In this document: positions 6,643 through 15,364 of the stretch, piece after piece
Numbering within the stretch: position 1 is the stretch's first letter
Layout of the letters: each line of letters opens with the position of its first letter
Source of the DNA: Candidatus Latescibacterota bacterium
GTDB taxonomy: Bacteria; Latescibacterota; UBA2968; UBA8231
Direction: 5' to 3'
NCBI GenBank assembly: GCA_963422735.1
Contig: OY730476.1
Span: 736,001 to 800,000, forward strand
Length of the DNA: 64,000 bases
The notes under the pieces: generated by a model
What the model was told of the DNA's origin: nothing
Database searches by the model: none
Seen by the model: only the letters and a program-made list of their open reading frames with translations
Translations under genes and position numbers: made by a program

Positions 6643-9573
6643 TTACACCACGATATTTACAATTTTATTCGGCACCCATATAAACCGTTTTATCGCTGTC
6701 TCATCTGCTACGTATTTCTGGATGCTCTCCATGTCGAGCACCAAGGATTTTATCTCATCTTCTCCGGTGTGGACCGGCACTTCGACTTGGCCGCGCATTT
6801 TGCCATTAACCTGAATGGGCAAAACGATCGTGTCCTCGGCGGCTTTTGCTGCATCCCACTCGGGCCAGTTCCGGCGACTGACCCCTTCCGTCCCGAAACC
6901 CGCCATTTCCCATAGCTCCTCGGCAATGTGCGGAGCAAAGGGCGCGAGCAGGATCAAGAAGGGCTTAGCGATGGCCTGTGGCACCTCGTCTAAAGGAACC
7001 AACAGGTTGTTTAACTCGATCAAGGCGGCAATGGCCGTATTAAACCGAAGCCCCTCTATATCCTCGGTTACCTTTTGGATGGTTTGATGCAGCTTTCTTT
7101 CCAGCTCCGGCGCAAGCGCAGTGCTCTCCCCTATTTTCACCTGTCGATCCGCATCGACAAAGTTGCGCCAAACGCGCTGCAAGAAGCGCTGCATCCCGCG
7201 AATGCCTTCCATGCTCCACGGCGCACTCGCTTCGAGCGGCCCCATGTACATTTCGTACAGCCGCAAAGTATCCACGCCAAATTCCTCGCCAACCTCTTCG
7301 GGCGGCAGCCCGTTTTTGTAACGTTTGCCCATTTTGCCGGGAGACCGGCGCAGCGTCTTCCCCGTCCCTTTCTCAATAGGCTCTCCGTCGCGGAACTCAA
7401 CTTCGCGAATGTCGATATACACGCCGCGATCGTCCTGAAAAGCATCTGCGGTCATCATACCTTGATTGAACAGCTTCTTAAACGGCTCGGGCGTGGATAC
7501 GTGCCCTAAGTCGTAGAGGGCCTTGTGCCAAAACCGGGCGTAGAGCAAGTGCAACACGGCGTGTTCAGCGCCGCCGATGTAGAGATCAACGGGCATGAAG
7601 TAGCCCTCCTTGGCCAAGTCGCAGAAGGCTTCTTCGTTGTGTGGGTCAATAAAGCGGAGATAGTACCAGCAAGAACCGGCCCATTGGGGCATGACATTGA
7701 GTTCGCGCTGGCAGGCCACCCCGTCAATTTCCACCGTCATCCACTCCGCTCCGGCCCGGTGCAGCGGAGGCGAAACGGGGCGGGCGGGATCGTCGGAGGT
7801 CTCCGGTCTAAAATCCTCTATATCCGGCAGTGCCACCGGAGGCGCGACCGCTACGGAATATCCATCGGGATGCGTGGCCAGTGGAAAAGGTTCGCCCCAA
7901 TAGCGCTGCCGCGCGAAGGTCCAGTCGCGCAGTTTGTGGTTTACCGCAGATTGGCCGCGCCCTTGGGCGACTAGTGCAGCGACAATCTGGACTTTGGCCG
8001 CGGCCGTTGGCAATCCGTTAATGGCATACGGACTATCGCCGCTATCATCCTTCCGTGACGGAGGCGAATTGATCGCGGTTCCCTCCCCAGCATACCACTC
8101 TGTCTCGCCAGCACTGGCGAGACAGAGCACGGTCTCCTCTTCCCCGGTAACTACCTTCACAATGTCCAAGTTATAGGCAGTGGCGAAGGCGAAATCGCGC
8201 TCGTCGTGGGCCGGCACGGCCATAATCGCTCCCGAGCCGTAGTCCATACTGATGTAGTCGGCGACGAAAACGGGAATTTTTTGTCCACTGACTGGATTGC
8301 GGGCGTAGATGCCGGAGAAGATGCCCGTTTTTTCCTCGGTTTCATCTGCAGTGGAGACAGCAGCCTGAGCGACGTACTGGGCTACAGCTTCCCGAATGGG
8401 ATTCCCTCCCCCCTTCCCCTTCCACTGCTGAGGCGTCCTGTCGGGCCAAGTGCTGGGAACCAAGTAGGATTCCTCAGCAGGATCCACCAGCGGATGCTGA
8501 GGCGCAACGGCCATAAAGGTCGCCCCAAAGAGCGTATCGGGCCGGGTCGTGAACACGGGTAACTGCCCAGCGACCACATCGCTTTGCGGATCGAGGATAT
8601 CAAAGTACACTTCAGCCCCTTCGCTACGACCAATCCAGTTGCGCTGCATCCGCTTGATAGGTTCTGGCCAATCGAGCCGGAAGGGCTCGCCGTTGCGATC
8701 CTCTAGCTCGAAGTCCAAGTCCTCTAAGAGCCGCTCGGCGTAGGCTGTTATACGCATTGTCCACTGCCGCAGCGGTTTGCGATATACGGGAAAAGCGCCC
8801 CGCTCGCTGCGGCCTTCGTTGGTTACCTCCTCGTTGGCCAACACAGTGCCCAAGCCTGGGCACCAGTTGACGACGGCCTCTTGTTGGTACGCTAGCCGGT
8901 AGTTGTTTAGCACGGCTTGGTGCTCGGCCGCACTGAGTGCTGACCAGTCAGCATCAGTGCCGAGTACTTCGCGATCTGCAACCGACAATGCCCTGCCAGC
9001 CGCAAATTGGTCCTCTAAGTCGGCGATAGGCTTGGCCCGCCCTTTTATTTGCCGTCTATTGCCGTCTTCCCAGATCTCGTCTGCGTCGAAATAGCTATCG
9101 AAAAGTTGGGCAAAAATCCACTGGGTCCAGCGGTAGTACGATACCCGCGACGTGACCTGTTCGCGGGCCCAGTCAAACGACAGCCCGAGGAACTGCAATT
9201 GGCCGCGCATCGCATCAATATTTTGCTCGGTAACAGCCGCTGGATGAATGTTGTGTTCGATGGCGTATTGCTCGGCCGGCAATCCGAAACTGTCGAACCC
9301 CATCGGATGCAGGACGTTAAATCCCTGCATCCTTTTGTAGCGGCTGTAGATGTCGCTGGCGATATACCCTTTGGGATGGCCGATGTGCAACCCCGCGCCG
9401 CTTGGATAGGGAAACATATCGAGGACGTAGCACTTGGGTTTGCTGTCATCGAAACCGGGGTCTCCCGGTCCCAGCGTTTGATAAGTCTTCTCCTGATCCC
9501 AGTGGGACCGCCATTTGGCTTCGATAGTTTGGAAGTTGTAGTTGTATTGGCCTTTTTTTGATTTTGTTGACAT
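6643..9573 (-). CDS. leuS: Leucine--tRNA ligase
   Basis: DMFPYPSGAGLHIGH, MQRNWIGRSEG, GGAEHAVLHLLYARFW, KMGKR (KMSKS variant). Confidence 0.97.
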   Translation of the reverse strand: MSTKSKKGQYNYNFQTIEAKWRSHWDQEKTYQTLGPGDPGFDDSKPKCYVLDMFPYPSGAGLHIGHPKGYIASDIYSRYKRMQGFNVLHPMGFDSFGLPAEQYAIEHNIHPAAVTEQNIDAMRGQLQFLGLSFDWAREQVTSRVSYYRWTQWIFAQLFDSYFDADEIWEDGNRRQIKGRAKPIADLEDQFAAGRALSVADREVLGTDADWSALSAAEHQAVLNNYRLAYQQEAVVNWCPGLGTVLANEEVTNEGRSERGAFPVYRKPLRQWTMRITAYAERLLEDLDFELEDRNGEPFRLDWPEPIKRMQRNWIGRSEGAEVYFDILDPQSDVVAGQLPVFTTRPDTLFGATFMAVAPQHPLVDPAEESYLVPSTWPDRTPQQWKGKGGGNPIREAVAQYVAQAAVSTADETEEKTGIFSGIYARNPVSGQKIPVFVADYISMDYGSGAIMAVPAHDERDFAFATAYNLDIVKVVTGEEETVLCLASAGETEWYAGEGTAINSPPSRKDDSGDSPYAINGLPTAAAKVQIVAALVAQGRGQSAVNHKLRDWTFARQRYWGEPFPLATHPDGYSVAVAPPVALPDIEDFRPETSDDPARPVSPPLHRAGAEWMTVEIDGVACQRELNVMPQWAGSCWYYLRFIDPHNEEAFCDLAKEGYFMPVDLYIGGAEHAVLHLLYARFWHKALYDLGHVSTPEPFKKLFNQGMMTADAFQDDRGVYIDIREVEFRDGEPIEKGTGKTLRRSPGKMGKRYKNGLPPEEVGEEFGVDTLRLYEMYMGPLEASAPWSMEGIRGMQRFLQRVWRNFVDADRQVKIGESTALAPELERKLHQTIQKVTEDIEGLRFNTAIAALIELNNLLVPLDEVPQAIAKPFLILLAPFAPHIAEELWEMAGFGTEGVSRRNWPEWDAAKAAEDTIVLPIQVNGKMRGQVEVPVHTGEDEIKSLVLDMESIQKYVADETAIKRFIWVPNKIVNIVV

Positions 9574-9592
9574 AATAATCCTTATAAGACAC

Positions 9593-10897
9593 TTATGGAT
9601 AGAGGCGCTGCATCATGCGCGGAAATGGAATGGTCTCGCGCACATGCTTGACGCCGCACAACCAAGCGACCACCCGCTCGATTCCCATGCCAAAGCCAGC
9701 GTGCTCTACCGAGCCATAGCGCCGCAAGTCGAGATACCAACTAAAGGCTTCTAGGGGCAACTGATGCGCGGCGATCTTGGGCTGCAAGACGGCGAGATCG
9801 TCTTCGCGTTGCCCGCCTCCGATGATTTCCCCGTATCCTTCGGGAGCCAACAGGTCCATGCACAGGGCCAAGCGGCGATCTTGGGCATCTTCCTTCATGT
9901 AGAATGCTTTGACTGCGCTGGGATAGCGGTGGACGAAAACCGGTGACTCAAACTCGGAGGCGAGGACGGTTTCATCGTCCCCACCCAGATCACTCCCCCA
10001 TGTGATGTCGTTACCAAGAGCTGTCAAGCGCTCGACAGCTTCATCGTACGTTATGTGCGGAAAGGGCCGGCTGATCCGTTCCAGCTTGGCGATGTCTCGG
10101 TCGAGGTGCTTTAGCTCTTCGCGGCGGCGGTTGAGCACGCGGTCGAGCACGTACAGGACCATGTCCTCGGCTAAGACCATAGCACCCTCTAAATCGCAAT
10201 ACGCCATTTCCGGCTCGATCATCCAGAACTCGGTCAGGTGCCGGCGAGTCTTGGACTTTTCAGCGCGGAATGTCGGCCCAAAACAATAGACCTTACCCAA
10301 GGCCATGGCGGCTGCTTCCATATAGAGCTGACCGCTCTGGGTCAAATAAGCCGTGTCGTCGAAATACGCGGTCTCAAACAGGGTCGAGGTCCCTTCACAG
10401 GCCGCAGGCGTAAAAATCGGCGCATCGACGAGAACAAAGCCGCGCACTTCCATGAAGTCGCGGCAGGCTTTGCAAATTTCGCTGCGGATCTTGAGAATGG
10501 CCCCGGGCCGCCTCGACCGCAGCCACAAGTGGCGGTGGTCGAGGAGAAAGGACACCCCGTGTTCCTTGGGGGCGATGGGGTATGGCTCGGCCTCCTGCAC
10601 GACGTCGAGGTGGCAGACCCCCACCTCATAGCCGATGGGCGCACGCGCCTCCCGCCGCACTTGGCCGCGGACTACGAGCGAAGATTCTTGGGGCAAGTGA
10701 TCGCACCGCTCGAATAACTCGGACTCGACATCCCCCTTAAAAACAACGCATTGTACCACGCCGCTGCCGTCGCGTAGCTGCAGAAAATGCAGCTTGCCGC
10801 TGGAGCGCTTGTTGTACAACCAACCGCGCAGTTTTACTTCTCGACCCTCGTAGCGGCCGATGTCAGCCACCTGAATCGACTCCATTTGCTTATTCAT
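9593..10897 (-). CDS. asnS: Asparagine--tRNA ligase
   Basis: [49 protein letters not shown]. Confidence 0.96.
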   Translation of the reverse strand: MNKQMESIQVADIGRYEGREVKLRGWLYNKRSSGKLHFLQLRDGSGVVQCVVFKGDVESELFERCDHLPQESSLVVRGQVRREARAPIGYEVGVCHLDVVQEAEPYPIAPKEHGVSFLLDHRHLWLRSRRPGAILKIRSEICKACRDFMEVRGFVLVDAPIFTPAACEGTSTLFETAYFDDTAYLTQSGQLYMEAAAMALGKVYCFGPTFRAEKSKTRRHLTEFWMIEPEMAYCDLEGAMVLAEDMVLYVLDRVLNRRREELKHLDRDIAKLERISRPFPHITYDEAVERLTALGNDITWGSDLGGDDETVLASEFESPVFVHRYPSAVKAFYMKEDAQDRRLALCMDLLAPEGYGEIIGGGQREDDLAVLQPKIAAHQLPLEAFSWYLDLRRYGSVEHAGFGMGIERVVAWLCGVKHVRETIPFPRMMQRLYP

Positions 10898-10912
10898 ATA
10901 CCATATAATAGG

Positions 10913-10943
10913 AAAAGACTATCGAGATGGACTCGATAGCCTT
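10913..10943 (-). terminator. Intrinsic terminator after pnp
   Basis: Minus strand AAGGCTATCGAG-TCCAT-CTCGATAGTCTT followed by short T-run. Confidence 0.55.
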
Positions 10944-10969
10944 CTCATCCTGTGGCTTAAGACCAACAC

Positions 10970-13039
10970 CTACTTCTTTAGTAGGGCCTTGTGGCTGAGC
11001 CGCATCTTGCCGCCGGTGTCGATTTCGAGGACCTTGACGGCGATCGTGTCCCCTTGTCCAACGACATCCTCAACCTTGTCCACGCGCCGATGCGCTAGCT
11101 CGGAGATGTGCAACAGGCCCTCCTTGCCGGGCAGAATCTCGACGAAGGCTCCAAAGGGCATGACCCGCTTGACCACCCCGTCGTACTCTTTACCGACCTC
11201 GGCGTCGGCGGTGATTGCCTCAATCATGCGCCGAGCCTGTTCGGCTGGACCGGCCTCAACAGAGGCAATGGTAATCGTGCCGTCTTCATCAACATTGACC
11301 GTGGCACCGGTCTTTTCGATCTCGCGGATGGTTTTGCCACCTGGTCCGATGACCGCGCCGATTTTGCTCTGGTCGATCTTGACAAACTCAATGCGCGGTG
11401 CCCAGCGCGAAAGTTCGGGCCGCGCCTCGCTCAGGCATTCGTTCATACTAGCTAAGACCTTGTCGCGCCCCTCCTTGGCGCGATCGAGGGCCTCCTTGAA
11501 AATATCGAGCTGCAAGCCTTGGATTTTAATATCCATCTGGATCGCGGTAATCCCGTCCTTGGTGCCAGCGACCTTGAGGTCCATGTCGCCGAGAAAATCT
11601 TCGGCGTCGCGGATGTCGGTCAGCAGCTCGTACTCGTCCCCCTCCTTGACTAAGCCCACGCCCGTGCCGCATACCGCGGTTTTGACGGGAATTCCGGCGT
11701 CCATCAAGGCGAGGGAGCAGCCACACACCGTGGCCATGGAACTGGAGCTGCTCGACTCGGTAATATCCGACACCAACCGAATCGTATAGGGAAAGGACTC
11801 GACCGATGGGATAACCGGTTCTAGGGCGCGTTCGGCCAGATGACCGTGGCCGATATCCCGACGCCCTGGACCGCGCTCAAAGCGCACTTCGCCGACCGAA
11901 TACGGAGGAAAGTTGTAATCTAAATAATAGGACTTAAACCGCTTGCCCTGCAGGTCGTCGGCCATGCGCTCGTCTAGCTTGGTACCCAGCGTTGCCACGC
12001 AGAGCGCTTGCGTCTGCCCACGGGTAAAAAGTGCCGATCCGTGCGTCCGCGGCAACACAGTGCTTTCGCAGGCGACGTCGCGCACAGCATCAAGCGCCCG
12101 CCCGTCGATGCGCCGCTTCTCCTCGATGATCATGGTGCGCATGTCGGCCTTGAGCAGCACCTCCAACTCGTCCTTGATATGCTTTTCAGAGTCTGGAAAG
12201 CGCTCGGCCAAGCTCCCCAAGACCTCGGCATTAATCGCGTCGATGCGCTCTTGTCGCTCTTCTTTGAGCGGGCTTCTGTTGGCCTCGGCGATCCGCTCTT
12301 GCGCCAGCTCGGCTACGGCATGGACCAGTTCGGGATCGGCTTCCTCGATCTCAATGGCAATCTTCTCCTTGCCGACTTCGGCGACAAGCTGCTCCTGTAA
12401 CTCGGCCAATTCGGCGATGCACTCGTGGCCAAAGGCCAGCGCATCCACTAGATCTTGCTCGGCAATCTCGTGGGCACCTCCTTCGACGCTGACGATGGAA
12501 TCGGCCGTGCCACAAACTATGATTTCGAGATCAGAATCATCTAGCTCGGCGGAGGTTGGATTGGCGACGAACTCGCCGTTGAGCCGCCCGACTCGCACGG
12601 CTCCCATGGGGCCGGCAAAGGGAATGTCGGAGATACTCAGGGCCGCCGAGGCCCCGATCAAACCCAAGACATCGGCGTCGTTTTCTCTGTCGTACGAAAA
12701 CACCGAAACATAGACTTGGATCTCATAGGGGAACTTCTTGGGAAACATCGGCCGAATGGGATGATCTATTAATCGAGCACTCAGGGTCTCCTTTTCGGAG
12801 GGGCGCCCTTCGCGCTTGAAGATGTTGCCCGGTATCTTGCCGCCAGCGTAGGCTTTTTCCCGGTAATCGACGATCAAGGGCAAAAAGCCCCGATCCTCCG
12901 GGGTCTTAGTCCGACAGGCCGTTACGAGCACTACGGTCTCCCCGTATTGCAGCCACACGGCCCCGTTGGCTTGCTTGGCGATTCTGCCCGTTTCGATCGA
13001 CAGACTCCGCCCGCCTATTTCACATTCGAGTTTAGTCAT
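10970..13039 (-). CDS. pnp: Polyribonucleotide nucleotidyltransferase
   Basis: Two RNase PH domains, RTHGSALFTRGQTQ, YNFPPYSVGE, GDMDLKVAG, KH (IGPGGK) and S1 domains; follows rpsO. Confidence 0.97.
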   Translation of the reverse strand: MTKLECEIGGRSLSIETGRIAKQANGAVWLQYGETVVLVTACRTKTPEDRGFLPLIVDYREKAYAGGKIPGNIFKREGRPSEKETLSARLIDHPIRPMFPKKFPYEIQVYVSVFSYDRENDADVLGLIGASAALSISDIPFAGPMGAVRVGRLNGEFVANPTSAELDDSDLEIIVCGTADSIVSVEGGAHEIAEQDLVDALAFGHECIAELAELQEQLVAEVGKEKIAIEIEEADPELVHAVAELAQERIAEANRSPLKEERQERIDAINAEVLGSLAERFPDSEKHIKDELEVLLKADMRTMIIEEKRRIDGRALDAVRDVACESTVLPRTHGSALFTRGQTQALCVATLGTKLDERMADDLQGKRFKSYYLDYNFPPYSVGEVRFERGPGRRDIGHGHLAERALEPVIPSVESFPYTIRLVSDITESSSSSSMATVCGCSLALMDAGIPVKTAVCGTGVGLVKEGDEYELLTDIRDAEDFLGDMDLKVAGTKDGITAIQMDIKIQGLQLDIFKEALDRAKEGRDKVLASMNECLSEARPELSRWAPRIEFVKIDQSKIGAVIGPGGKTIREIEKTGATVNVDEDGTITIASVEAGPAEQARRMIEAITADAEVGKEYDGVVKRVMPFGAFVEILPGKEGLLHISELAHRRVDKVEDVVGQGDTIAVKVLEIDTGGKMRLSHKALLKK

Positions 13040-13128
13040 TAGATATATCTTTTGCTCTTTCCTTTAGGGTTTTAAGATCTGTGCAACACCCGTTCCAACG
13101 AGCACTGCGGTGAGTCGCTCAGTACGAG

Positions 13129-13401
13129 CTAACGGCGCAATCCAAGATCGCGGATCAACGCCGCATACGCTTGCGGGTTTTTCTTGTGGTAGTAGCTCTG
13201 CAATCGCCTCCTTTTGCCTATGAGTGTGAGTAACCCCCGCCGCGTGGCAAAGTCCTTTTGCTGGTCTTTGAGGTGTTCGGTCAGGTTCCGGATGCGCTCG
13301 GTGAGAATAGCAATCTGCACCGGGGCGGATCCAGGGCCACCCTCTTGGCCGAACTTATCGATCAGTACTTTCTTGCGTTCAGTTGTTATCGACACCTTCA
13401 A
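13129..13401 (-). CDS. rpsO: 30S ribosomal protein S15
   Basis: GSAPVQIAILTERIRNLTEHL...RRGLL...GLRR. Confidence 0.96.
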   Translation of the reverse strand: MKVSITTERKKVLIDKFGQEGGPGSAPVQIAILTERIRNLTEHLKDQQKDFATRRGLLTLIGKRRRLQSYYHKKNPQAYAALIRDLGLRR

Positions 13402-13817
13402 CCTCCGTATTTCGCGCCGAGCTTTCCACCTTCAGCACTAGAGGAGAACAGGGCACGTGCTTGGTGAATATCTCTGCGGATTTGCGCTACCAGCTCGTCT
13501 GGACAGGCAAATGCGCGTTGGTCGCGCAGCTTTTTTACGAGGACGACCTGTAGGTTTTGTCCGTAGAGGTCGCCGGCAAAATCGAGTATGTGCAACTCGA
13601 CGACTATGGCTGCTTCGACAAATGTAGGCCGGGGGCCGATATGGGCCACGGCCTGGAAAACCCGACTGTTAGGGTATTGCACTTCAGCGGCAAATACCCC
13701 CTGCGGCAGGGGCTTATCGCCTTGAGGCAGCAAATTCGCCGTGGGAAACCCCAGTGTTCTACCGCGTCCTTGGCCCCTCGTGACGCGGCCGGAAAAATGA
13801 ACGCTAGCGCACTCCAT
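13398..13817 (-). CDS. Monofunctional riboflavin kinase (RibF C-terminal domain only)
   Basis: GRGRTLGFPTANL, IGPRPTF, ELHILDF, LRDQRAF; 139 aa, starts directly after truB stop so no adenylyltransferase domain. Confidence 0.88.
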   Translation of the reverse strand: MECASVHFSGRVTRGQGRGRTLGFPTANLLPQGDKPLPQGVFAAEVQYPNSRVFQAVAHIGPRPTFVEAAIVVELHILDFAGDLYGQNLQVVLVKKLRDQRAFACPDELVAQIRRDIHQARALFSSSAEGGKLGAKYGG

Positions 13818-14714
13818 CTAAGGTTGGCGCAAAACGCAAAGGGGTCGCAACGCCCCCTTCTCCCACCGTGCGAGGCCAAACAAGGTTTCCGTAGCGTCAA
13901 AAACCGCGCAGACTTCGCGCGGCCCTGTGCCAACTGGATGCTCTATCGCCTTCCCATGGGCGAAATCGACCAGCTTGCCTTCGTTCAGCTCGACGGCCGC
14001 TAGCTCACTCAGCGCCAGTCGAGGATGGACGAGGGCCTTTTCAATTTGGCCCGCTCTACTGAGGCTTATTACTTGCTCCAATGTTAGGGCTTTGTCCAGC
14101 CCGAGACCACCGGCGCGGATCCGGCGCAATGCCGCCAAATAGGCACCGGTCCCCAAGGTGTGCCCCAGATCGGCGGCCAACGAGCGAATGTACGTTCCCG
14201 CAGAGCAGTGGATTCTCACGCTGAGTATAGGGAAATCGTAGCCGAGCAGGTCCATTGCGTGGATGTGAACCTGGCGAGCTTTGAGAACGACCTCATCCCC
14301 GCGACGTGCCCTCTTGTACGAGCGCACCCCGGCTACCTTTATAGCTGAATGCGCCGGCGGCACTTGGTCTATGGCACCCGTAAAATCGCGCAGGGCTTGG
14401 GCCACGCTTTGGTCGTCGGGAGGCGCACAGTCTTCTTGGAGGTAAATCGGGCCCTCAGCATCGCCTGTGGCACTTACAGCCCCCAGACAAATCTCGGCCT
14501 CATATTCCTTATCCGCGCCGCTGAGCCACCGGTTGAGCCGGGTATAACGCCCCAAGCAAACGACCAAGACGCCGCTGGCCAAGGGGTCCAGCGTGCCGCA
14601 GTGACCAATGCGCCGCAACTGCAATAGGCGTCTGAGCGAGGCGATTACGTCGTGGGAAGTGGGGCCTTTGTCTTTGTCGATGACCAAAACCCCGGTCAAG
14701 GCCGGATCAGCCAT
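13818..14714 (-). CDS. truB: tRNA pseudouridine(55) synthase
   Basis: DKDKGPTSHDV, GHCGTLDPLASGVL, CSAGTYIRSLA; ATG 14714 with GGAG SD. Confidence 0.96.
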   Translation of the reverse strand: MADPALTGVLVIDKDKGPTSHDVIASLRRLLQLRRIGHCGTLDPLASGVLVVCLGRYTRLNRWLSGADKEYEAEICLGAVSATGDAEGPIYLQEDCAPPDDQSVAQALRDFTGAIDQVPPAHSAIKVAGVRSYKRARRGDEVVLKARQVHIHAMDLLGYDFPILSVRIHCSAGTYIRSLAADLGHTLGTGAYLAALRRIRAGGLGLDKALTLEQVISLSRAGQIEKALVHPRLALSELAAVELNEGKLVDFAHGKAIEHPVGTGPREVCAVFDATETLFGLARWEKGALRPLCVLRQP

Positions 14715-15060
14715 GCTGCGCTCCACCGAGGCTATCGATCAGGGCTGTGACGTGCGCGGCGCGCTCGGTGGTGTCGTCGTATGCAACCCCCAACTGAGGT
14801 GCGTAGCGCAAGCGCATGCGCTGGGCGATTTTTCGACGCATAAAACCCAAGCCCCGGTGCATTCCTTGGAGTACCTGCTTTTTGTCGTCTGCGTTGCCGA
14901 GTGTGCTGACAAAGATTGTGGCATAGCTCATGTCGGCGGAGAGTTCTACATCAACAACTTGGACTAGCTGCAGCCTCGGATCCTTCATCCGCCCTACGAT
15001 GTCGGTTAGCTCGCGCAGCAACTGACCGCGCACTCGGCTAATTCGTTGAGGGGAGGCCAC
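14707..15060 (-). CDS. rbfA: Ribosome-binding factor A
   Basis: KDPRL...VELSADMSYA...LRYAPQL; canonical position after infB/DUF503. Confidence 0.92.
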   Translation of the reverse strand: MASPQRISRVRGQLLRELTDIVGRMKDPRLQLVQVVDVELSADMSYATIFVSTLGNADDKKQVLQGMHRGLGFMRRKIAQRMRLRYAPQLGVAYDDTTERAAHVTALIDSLGGAQHG

Positions 15061-15066
15061 CTGCGC

Positions 15067-15348
15067 TCAGTGTACTTCCATTTGGTAGTCGAGGATATGC
15101 ACCCGGGCATCGCCTTCGACGAAGTTGACGATTTTGGTTAGCATCTCGTCGCAGTGTTCAACGGCCGAACTCACCACGGCAACCCCCAGCACCGCCCGCT
15201 GCCAGAGCGCGTGGTCATCTACTTCGGCCACGGCCGCGTTAAAGCGGTTGCGGATGCGCCCCTTGAGGCTATTGAGGACTTGCCGCTTGTCTTTGAGCGA
15301 ATGGCTATCGCCGATATAGATTTGCACCGCACAACTCATAACGATCAA
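15067..15348 (-). CDS. DUF503 (YlxP-like) protein
   Basis: SHSLKDKRQVL...FNAAVAEV...LWQRA; usual position between infB and rbfA. Confidence 0.9.
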   Translation of the reverse strand: MIVMSCAVQIYIGDSHSLKDKRQVLNSLKGRIRNRFNAAVAEVDDHALWQRAVLGVAVVSSAVEHCDEMLTKIVNFVEGDARVHILDYQMEVH

Positions 15349-15364
15349 AACAGAGCAACCGCCC

